64,000 nucleotides of DNA from Acidobacteriota bacterium (lineage in GTDB: Bacteria; Acidobacteriota; Thermoanaerobaculia; Multivoradales; Multivoraceae): the NCBI GenBank assembly GCA_026707325.1, contig JAPOXA010000037.1, positions 264,822 through 328,821 of the forward strand. The letters are read 5' to 3'. The notes below the pieces were generated by a model that searched no databases, had not been told where the DNA came from, and saw nothing but the letters and a program-made list of their open reading frames with translations. This document shows positions 57,788 through 64,000 of this stretch, in pieces; positions within the stretch are counted from its first letter, which is position 1, and the number at the start of each line of letters is the position of its first letter. Position numbers and translations under genes: made by a program.

Positions 57788-60700
57788 GTGAGTTCAGCAC
57801 CACTCCGGCCGGCCGGCAGGCCGGCCCTCCGCGTCACGGCCCTCGTGTGCGCGCTCCTGGTCTGCGCGGCCGCCGGTCTCGAAGCGCAGGGCTTCGGCAA
57901 GAACAAGATCCGCTACGAGGACTTCGACTGGCGCATCTACCACTCGACTCACTTCGACATCTACTACTACTCCGAGAGCGAGCCCCAGTTGCAGAAGGTG
58001 GCGTCACTCGCGGAGAGCGCCTACGACCAGTTGTCGCTCGACCTGGACTACCAGATCCAGGAGCCGACGCCGCTGATCATCTACAACACGCACTCCGATT
58101 TCCTCCAGAACAACGTCATCATCAACTTCATCCCGGAGGGGGTCGCCGCGTTCGCCACCTCGGCGCGGTTCCGGATGGTCCTGCCGATCGACCTGGCGGA
58201 CGTCGAACTGTACGAACTCATCCTCCACGAACTGACCCACATCTTCCAGTACCACATCCTGTTCGGGGGAAGCCTGGGGCGGGCCATGACGAACAGCCCG
58301 CCGCAGTGGTTGATGGAGGGCATGGCGAGCTACTTCGCGGAAGATGAGAGCACCTCCGACCGGATGTACCTGCGGGACGCGGTGGTCAACGACCGCCTGC
58401 CGCCGATTACATCGGGTCAGGCTAGCGGCTTCTTCGCCTACCGCTACGGCCACGCCGCCTTCGACTTCATGGAGGAGCGCTGGGGGTCCGACGGAGTGAT
58501 CGACTTCCTGTTCGAGTTCCGAAACACGATCGGCTCGCGGGTGGGCCGGGCGATCGAACGAGCCTTCCGCATGGACCCCGAGGACTTCGACCTCGAGTTC
58601 CGCCGCTGGCTCCGCAACCGGTACCTGCCCGAACTGGTGGCGACAGGAGAGCCCAGCGACTTCGGGCGGCCGTTCCGCACCCGTCCCCAGGGTAGCCAGG
58701 AGACGTCGCCGGTGGCCTCGCCTTCCGGCGACCTGGTGGCGGCGTTCTCGACCTTCCAGGGCGATGTCGACATCGTCCTCTTCGACACCCAGGAGCGGGA
58801 ACCGGTTCGCAACCTGACGCGGGGATACACGGCGGACTTCCGCCACTACGTCGCGCAGATGCTGACGCTGGGGCGCAAGCACGGCAGCGACCTCGCGTTC
58901 TCGCCCGACGGCAACTCGCTGGCGGCCTTCGTCCGCAAGGAGGCGGGCTACTCCCTCGCCATCGTCAATGTCCTGGGCGGAGGGGTGCGCCGGGTCATCG
59001 ACATGGAGATCGAGCAGCAGACGGCGCCCGCCTGGAGCCCGGACGGCCGGAGTGTCGCGTTCGCCGGCAACCAGAACGGGCAGTACGACATCTTCCAACT
59101 CGATCTGGACTCCCTGGAAATCCGGAACCTGACCAACGACGAGGTCTTCGACGGCTCCCCGTCCTATTCGCACGACGGCAAGTGGCTCGTGTTTTCCTCG
59201 GTGCCAGGGGAGAACGGGCAGCTCTTCCGGCTCAACCTGGAGACGATGGAGCGCGTTCGGCTGGGCAGCGACGAGCACCACAACACGGACCCGGTCTTCT
59301 CGAGCGACGACCGGACGGTGTACTTCACGTCGGACCGCACGGGCGCCGAGAACATCTTCGGGCTGAACATCGAGACCGGCGAGCTTCGCCAGTACACGAA
59401 CGCGATCACCGGCTGCTTCCAGCCCACCGTTCTGGGCAGGGCCGGGAGCGACGACCGGCTGGTGTACACCGGTTTCTGGCAGGGCCGGTTCGATCTCTAC
59501 GAGACGGACATCGACGAGCCGATCGGCGAAGTCCAGGTCGTGGACCTCGGCGCGACTGCTGGGCCGATTCCGGCGATCGACCTCTTCGAGCCGGACATCC
59601 AGGTCTCGATCGACGAGTCGAACAAGGAGGACAAGCGAGGTTGGCGACTGTTCCTGGAGGATGCCCAGACCGCGGTCGGCGTTGACGACAACCAGACGTT
59701 CCTTGGTCAGGTCTACCTGCAGTTCTCCGATTTCCTGGGCGACCGGCGGCTGTTCACGACGTTCGCCTCGATCGAGAGTTTCTCCCAGTTCAACGTGACC
59801 TACCTGAACCTCTCCAGGCGGCTGCAGTGGCAGGTGTCGCTGTTCGACGACCGGGCCTTCTACATCGGCGCCAACTACACCTACGGGTACTACGAGCGGG
59901 GCCGTTCGTTCTTCCAGCAGACGGGCGCCATCTTCTCGATCTCCTACCCGATGAGCTTCTACCGTCGGTTCGAGGTGGGCGCGGGCTACATCCGCCGCAA
60001 GCTGGATTTCCAGGCCTACGCTCGCGACAGCGACTTCAACCTGCTACTGGATGACTTCGGACGGCCGATCCCGACCATCACCCCGCGCGAGGATGACTAC
60101 CCGGTGATCCAGACCGCCCTGGTCGGCGATACGACGGTGTTCGGACCCGCCGGGCCGTCGAGCGGGCACCGCTACCGCCTGTCGGCGGAGTACGCCCCGG
60201 ACCTCGAGGAGTCCGGCGCACTGACGCAGACCTTCCAGCTCGACGCGCGCAAGTACTTCCCGCTCACGCGGCGCAGCGTCTTCGCGACCCGCCTCTTCGG
60301 CAGCATGAGAACCGGCAACTTCCCCAATCCGGTGTACTTCGGCGGGCTGGACACGGTGCGGGGCGTCGATTTCCGCGACATGGTCGGCGACCACGGCTTC
60401 TTCACCAATCTCGAGCTGCGCTTCCCCCTGATCGACTTCTTCGTGACGCCGATCTGGACGTTCCAGGGGATTCAGGGGCGCTTCTTCCTCGATATCGCCG
60501 GCGCCTGGTTCGACGATGTCCAGGACTTCAACGTGTGGGATTCGGAGAACAGCCGGCTGGACGACGCGATCGCGGCCTACGGCTTCGGTCTCACGGTGCG
60601 GATGCTCGGCCTCGATCTGCATTGGGACTTCGCGACCCAGTGGGACTTCGAGGAGTCGGGCGACAGCCGCACGACGTTCTGGATCGGCCAGCGCTTCTAG
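57788..60700 (+). CDS. outer-membrane fusion protein: peptidase-MA-like domain + TolB-like PD40 beta-propeller + Omp85-type beta-barrel
   Basis: 970 aa with a GTG start after AAGGAGGAG and a signal peptide. It has an HExxH-like motif ILHELTHIFQY and PD40-type repeats (FSPDGNSLAF, WSPDGRSVAF, YSHDGKWLVF, FSSDDRTVYF). The C-terminus is typical of Omp85/BamA barrels (GGLDTVRGVDF...NLELRFPL...GRFFLDIAGAW...AAYGFGLTVR...TFWIGQRF, terminal Phe). Confidence 0.75.
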   Translation: MSSAPLRPAGRPALRVTALVCALLVCAAAGLEAQGFGKNKIRYEDFDWRIYHSTHFDIYYYSESEPQLQKVASLAESAYDQLSLDLDYQIQEPTPLIIYNTHSDFLQNNVIINFIPEGVAAFATSARFRMVLPIDLADVELYELILHELTHIFQYHILFGGSLGRAMTNSPPQWLMEGMASYFAEDESTSDRMYLRDAVVNDRLPPITSGQASGFFAYRYGHAAFDFMEERWGSDGVIDFLFEFRNTIGSRVGRAIERAFRMDPEDFDLEFRRWLRNRYLPELVATGEPSDFGRPFRTRPQGSQETSPVASPSGDLVAAFSTFQGDVDIVLFDTQEREPVRNLTRGYTADFRHYVAQMLTLGRKHGSDLAFSPDGNSLAAFVRKEAGYSLAIVNVLGGGVRRVIDMEIEQQTAPAWSPDGRSVAFAGNQNGQYDIFQLDLDSLEIRNLTNDEVFDGSPSYSHDGKWLVFSSVPGENGQLFRLNLETMERVRLGSDEHHNTDPVFSSDDRTVYFTSDRTGAENIFGLNIETGELRQYTNAITGCFQPTVLGRAGSDDRLVYTGFWQGRFDLYETDIDEPIGEVQVVDLGATAGPIPAIDLFEPDIQVSIDESNKEDKRGWRLFLEDAQTAVGVDDNQTFLGQVYLQFSDFLGDRRLFTTFASIESFSQFNVTYLNLSRRLQWQVSLFDDRAFYIGANYTYGYYERGRSFFQQTGAIFSISYPMSFYRRFEVGAGYIRRKLDFQAYARDSDFNLLLDDFGRPIPTITPREDDYPVIQTALVGDTTVFGPAGPSSGHRYRLSAEYAPDLEESGALTQTFQLDARKYFPLTRRSVFATRLFGSMRTGNFPNPVYFGGLDTVRGVDFRDMVGDHGFFTNLELRFPLIDFFVTPIWTFQGIQGRFFLDIAGAWFDDVQDFNVWDSENSRLDDAIAAYGFGLTVRMLGLDLHWDFATQWDFEESGDSRTTFWIGQRF

Positions 60701-60709
60701 GAGCTTGCA

Positions 60710-60739
60710 CCGCGGAACGCAGCGCAGCGAGTTCCGCGG
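60710..60739 (+). terminator. stem-loop terminator candidate
   Basis: Perfect 9-bp inverted repeat CCGCGGAAC (60710-60718) / GTTCCGCGG (60731-60739) with a 12-nt loop, 10 nt after the stop. It has no U-tract, which is not unusual for intrinsic-terminator-like hairpins in GC-rich genomes. Confidence 0.45.
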
Positions 60740-60756
60740 CGTGAGGTCCTAGAGAG

Positions 60757-61689
60757 GTGGGGGCTGGGGCCAAACATGGAGCTGGCGACAGGTTTGGCGG
60801 CGCTAGGAGCTTGAGCCGGCAACTCTCGCTCTTCGGCGACGGCGCGCTGGCCGCTGCCGGCCGCGAATCGAAGCTGTGGTCGCGTCGCCGCAGAGCGGGC
60901 GGAGGCGCGGGTCTGCGGGCTGCCGTGCTCGGCTCCGGCAGCGGCGGCAACAGCACGATCGTCGAGAGTGACGAGGGTTGCCTGCTGCTCGATGCCGGGT
61001 TCTCGTGCCGGGAACTCGAACGCAGGCTGGAGGCGGTGGGCCGTTCCGCCGCCGACGTCGACGCGGTTCTGCTGACCCACGAGCACGACGATCACTGCCG
61101 GGGAATCGACCGCTTCGCCAGGCGGCACCAGGTTCCGGTCTACGGCACGCGCGGCACTTGCAGGGGGCCGCTGTTGCGCGGCCTCGGCTCTTTCGCCCGC
61201 CCGATGGCGCCCGGCATTCCGCTTGCCGCCGCCGGCTTCCGGATCGACGTGTTTCCGGTTTCGCACGATGCGCGGGAACCGGTAGGAATCGTGGTCGAGA
61301 GCGGCGGGGGTTATCGCTTCGGGCTGGCGACGGATCTGGGCTGCCGAACGCCGGAGGCGTGGCGGAACCTCCAGGATCTCGACATTCTGGTGCTCGAGTC
61401 GAATCACGATCTCGACATGCTTCGCACGGGACCATACCCTTGGCGCCTGAAGGAGCGAGTCGCATCGAAGCGGGGGCACCTCAGCAACGAGGATGCGGCC
61501 GTCGGAATCGAGGCTCTGCTTTCGGATCGTCTGTCCTGGGTCGTCCTTTGTCATCTCTCGGAAACGAACAACTCGCCGGCTTTCGCCGTCGCGGCGGTAC
61601 AGCCCGTACTCGATCGGCGCCGCTCGCGGGCGAAGCTGCTGGTGGCCGAGCAGCATCGGCCTGGACCCTGGCTGGAGGTTGGCGGCTGA
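60757..61689 (+). CDS. MBL-fold metallo-hydrolase (YycJ/PhnP-like)
   Basis: VLGSGSGGNSTIVESDEGCLLLDAG and THEHDDHCRG (HxHxDH) motifs. The start is uncertain. The family N-terminus usually begins near LGSGS, so the real start may be well downstream of 60757. Confidence 0.8.
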   Translation: MGAGAKHGAGDRFGGARSLSRQLSLFGDGALAAAGRESKLWSRRRRAGGGAGLRAAVLGSGSGGNSTIVESDEGCLLLDAGFSCRELERRLEAVGRSAADVDAVLLTHEHDDHCRGIDRFARRHQVPVYGTRGTCRGPLLRGLGSFARPMAPGIPLAAAGFRIDVFPVSHDAREPVGIVVESGGGYRFGLATDLGCRTPEAWRNLQDLDILVLESNHDLDMLRTGPYPWRLKERVASKRGHLSNEDAAVGIEALLSDRLSWVVLCHLSETNNSPAFAVAAVQPVLDRRRSRAKLLVAEQHRPGPWLEVGG

Positions 61690-61711
61690 GCGCCGCGGGG
61701 GAGGGGTTGAG

Positions 61712-62002
61712 TTGACGTCGCAGACGAGTCGCCACGGAAGAGGACCGGAAGGCCGTTTCGTGGCCCGGGTGCTGGTCTATCCGCGCGCCGAGGTGCTCGA
61801 CCCCCAGGGGCGGGCGATCGAGGACGCTTTGGGTCGGATCGGATTCGACGGCGTACGCCGCATTCGTGCCGGCAAGAGCTTCGAGGTCGCGCTCGAGGCC
61901 GCGGACGAGAGGCAGGCGACCGAGGCGGTCGACCGGATGTGCCGGCAGCTCCTGGCCAACCCGATCGTCGAGGACTACACCGTGGAGTGGGTCTCGGAAT
62001 GA
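61712..62002 (+). CDS. purS: phosphoribosylformylglycinamidine synthase subunit PurS
   Basis: VLVYPRAEVLDPQGRAIEDALGRIGFDGVRRIRAGKSFEV...LLANPIVEDY. The start is a TTG at 61712 (5 nt after GGGGGAGGGG) or a GTG at 61760. The track ORF from 61493 is too long. Confidence 0.85.
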   Translation: MTSQTSRHGRGPEGRFVARVLVYPRAEVLDPQGRAIEDALGRIGFDGVRRIRAGKSFEVALEAADERQATEAVDRMCRQLLANPIVEDYTVEWVSE

Positions 62003-62718
62003 AGTGCGGGATCGTGGTCTTCCCCGGGAGCAACTGCGACCACGACGTGTACCACGTGCTGAGTCACGTGCTCGAGCAGGAGGCGACGTTTCTGTGGCAC
62101 CAGGGGACGTCGCTCGAGGGATGCGAACTGGTCGTGCTGCCGGGCGGCTTCTCCTACGGCGACTATCTCCGGGCCGGTTCCATGGCCGCGCATTCGCCGA
62201 TCATGGCCGCGGTGCGGCGCCACGCCGAGGCCGGAGGACGGGTGCTCGGTATCTGCAACGGGTTCCAGATGCTGCTGGAAACGGGCCTGCTGCCTGGTGC
62301 GATGCGGCGGAATCGGGATCTGCGGTTCCTGAGCGTCGACGTCCACTTGCGGGTCGAGCGGGACGATCTGGCCTGGTGCTCCAACTACCGGCGGGGCGAC
62401 GTGCTGCGGATGCCGGTCGCCCACGCAGAGGGAAACTACGTGGACACCGAGGGGGCGCTTGACGAGCTGGAGCGGCGCGGTCAGGTCGTCTTTCGCTACG
62501 TGGACGCCGCCGGGCGGCGCGAGCCGGCCGCGAACCTGAACGGATCGGAGCGGGCGATCGCCGGTATCTGCAACGCTGGCGGCAACGTGCTGGGCCTGAT
62601 GCCGCATCCCGAGCGATGCGCTGAAGAGATGCTGGGCAACCGGGACGGCCTGGGTCTCCTGGCCGGCGCGGTGGCCGTTGGCGGCCGGGTCGGCGCGTTG
62701 GCGGCGGCGGGCGGGTAG
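61999..62718 (+). CDS. purQ: phosphoribosylformylglycinamidine synthase subunit PurQ (glutaminase)
   Basis: The ATG at 61999 overlaps the purS stop (ATGA). Motifs are [19 protein letters not shown] (catalytic Cys) and MPHPER. Confidence 0.95.
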   Translation: MKCGIVVFPGSNCDHDVYHVLSHVLEQEATFLWHQGTSLEGCELVVLPGGFSYGDYLRAGSMAAHSPIMAAVRRHAEAGGRVLGICNGFQMLLETGLLPGAMRRNRDLRFLSVDVHLRVERDDLAWCSNYRRGDVLRMPVAHAEGNYVDTEGALDELERRGQVVFRYVDAAGRREPAANLNGSERAIAGICNAGGNVLGLMPHPERCAEEMLGNRDGLGLLAGAVAVGGRVGALAAAGG

Positions 62719-62723
62719 GGCCG

Positions 62724-64000
62724 GTGACGACGCCGGATTCCGCGGCAGGCGAGCCGGTCGTCGATTCGGCCCTCGCGGCCGATCACGGCCTGACCGGGGA
62801 GGAGTTCGGCGGACTCTGCGAGCTGCTGGGTCGCAGTCCGACCTGGACCGAGCTGGGGATCGCCTCGGCCCTCTACTCGGAGCATTGCTCCTACAAGTCG
62901 TCCAAGATTCACCTGCGACGGTTCCCGACGCGGAGCCGGCGCGTCGTCCACGGGCCGGGCGAGAACGCGGGAGTCGTCGACATAGGCCACGGCTGGGTCG
63001 CGGCCTTCAAGATGGAGAGCCACAATCACCCCAGCTTCATCGAGCCCTACCAGGGCGCCGCCACCGGCGTGGGTGGAATCCTGCGCGACGTGTTCACGAT
63101 GGGCGCGCGGCCGATCGCGTGCCTGGATTCGCTGAGGTTCGGCGAGATCGACGGGGAACGGGGCGCGCGGATGCGGCATCTCGTCGACGGCGTCGTCCGA
63201 GGCATCGGGGACTACGGCAACTGCGTCGGCATCCCTACCGTCGGGGGCGAGACCGGGTTCCACCCGTCCTACAACGGCAACATCCTGGTCAACGCGTTCG
63301 CGCTCGGCGTGTGCCGGGAGGACGGGATCTTCACCGCCACGGCTTCGGGCGCCGGCAACCCGATTCTCTACGCGGGCAGCCGCACCGGCCGCGATGGCAT
63401 TCACGGCGCCACGATGGCATCGGAGGCCTTCGACGCCGAGAGCGAGGCGAAGAGGCCCACGGTACAGGTGGGCGATCCGTTCACGGAGAAGGTCCTGCTC
63501 GAGGCGAGCCTGGAGGCGATGAGGAGCGGGGTCGTGCTCGGGGTCCAGGACATGGGCGCCGCCGGACTGACGAGCTCCTGCTTCGAGATGGCCGCCCGCG
63601 GCGGTGCGGGAGCGGAGCTCGATCTCGACCTGGTGCCGCTGCGCGAGGCCTCCCTGACTCCCTACGAGATCATGCTCTCCGAGTCGCAGGAACGGATGGT
63701 CTTCGTCACTCGGAGGGGGCAGGAGGAGGCCGTCACGCGGATCCTGTCCCGCTGGGGTCTCGAAGCGTCGAAGATCGGCCGGGTAACCGATAGCGGGCGT
63801 GCGCGCCTCACGTTTCGCGGCCGTACCGTCGCGGACATGCCGGTCGAGCCGCTGGTCGACGGGGCGCCGGTCTACGATCGGCCGGCGGCCCCTCCCGCGG
63901 ACCTGCGCGAGCGCCAGCGGGTCGTCGACTGCGACACGCCGGAGGATCCGCTCCGGGCGCTCAGGGATCTCCTCGGGACGCCTGAACTCGGCGACAAGAC
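62724..64000 (+). CDS. purL: phosphoribosylformylglycinamidine synthase subunit PurL (5' part; continues beyond the window)
   Basis: Not in the ORF track because it has no stop in the window. My translation from the GTG at 62724 reads ...[12 protein letters not shown]...[10 protein letters not shown]...[36 protein letters not shown]... Confidence 0.95.
   Translation, partial: MTTPDSAAGEPVVDSALAADHGLTGEEFGGLCELLGRSPTWTELGIASALYSEHCSYKSSKIHLRRFPTRSRRVVHGPGENAGVVDIGHGWVAAFKMESHNHPSFIEPYQGAATGVGGILRDVFTMGARPIACLDSLRFGEIDGERGARMRHLVDGVVRGIGDYGNCVGIPTVGGETGFHPSYNGNILVNAFALGVCREDGIFTATASGAGNPILYAGSRTGRDGIHGATMASEAFDAESEAKRPTVQVGDPFTEKVLLEASLEAMRSGVVLGVQDMGAAGLTSSCFEMAARGGAGAELDLDLVPLREASLTPYEIMLSESQERMVFVTRRGQEEAVTRILSRWGLEASKIGRVTDSGRARLTFRGRTVADMPVEPLVDGAPVYDRPAAPPADLRERQRVVDCDTPEDPLRALRDLLGTPELGDK

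Noticed and set aside
60697-60813. An 11-nt direct repeat CTAGGAGCTTG at 60697-60707 and 60803-60813 flanks the terminator hairpin. It was considered as target-site duplication of a ~95-bp MITE-like insert.
   Set aside because: There are no terminal inverted repeats inside the segment. A rough estimate is that an 11-mer recurring within ~100 bp somewhere in 64 kb of biased-composition DNA is not improbable by chance, with expectation of order 1.

Overview
High-GC bacterial chromosomal segment. GC was judged by eye and not computed. About 60 protein genes are supported and most are housekeeping. No rRNA, tRNA, CRISPR array or intact mobile element was seen. The core blocks are: thiL-lon-nrdR (minus strand); hrcA-grpE-dnaJ-rsmE-recX-alaS-pgsA-MMPL-ffh; rpsP-KH-rimM-trmD-rplS-rnhB; dsbD; an aminotransferase; an M50/CBS protease; a Tat-exported three-subunit molybdo-oxidoreductase; STAS; cdd; icd-sucCD-ndk; two transporters; tyrS-dapF-lptM-like-hslUV-trx-xerC-trmFO (minus strand); topA; dprA; an outer-membrane operon; an MBL hydrolase; and purSQL. 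LptM-like, Omp85 and DsbD features indicate a diderm, but the taxon cannot be assigned from sequence alone. Two visibly lower-GC accessory segments interrupt the core. (1) A ~3 kb islet lies between ffh and rpsP. It holds a badly decayed MmeI/PglX-like DNA methyltransferase remnant, a HicB/HicA-like pair, and a signal-peptide ORF separated by one in-frame TGA from a Cys-rich ORF. (2) A ~6 kb island at 38.65-44.8 kb carries a promoter, an unusual tandem GGAGGTCCTCC leader and a three-gene operon of uncharacterised secreted proteins, one with about six carboxypeptidase-regulatory-like domains. A degraded DUF4258/HicB-like toxin-antitoxin remnant and a PGPGW membrane protein follow it. Other points worth a second look: an APC permease broken at a G8 tract and lacking a canonical start; topA inverted inside an otherwise Firmicute-like dprA-topA-trmFO-xerC-hslVU order; -10 hexamers 6-9 nt upstream of three ATGs, which suggests leaderless mRNAs; and a TPR / periplasmic / peptidase-TolB-propeller-Omp85 fusion operon. 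I found no clearly identifiable new system. The island operon and the Omp85-fusion operon are the best candidates for undescribed biology. The many long ORFs antisense to real genes are high-GC artefacts.
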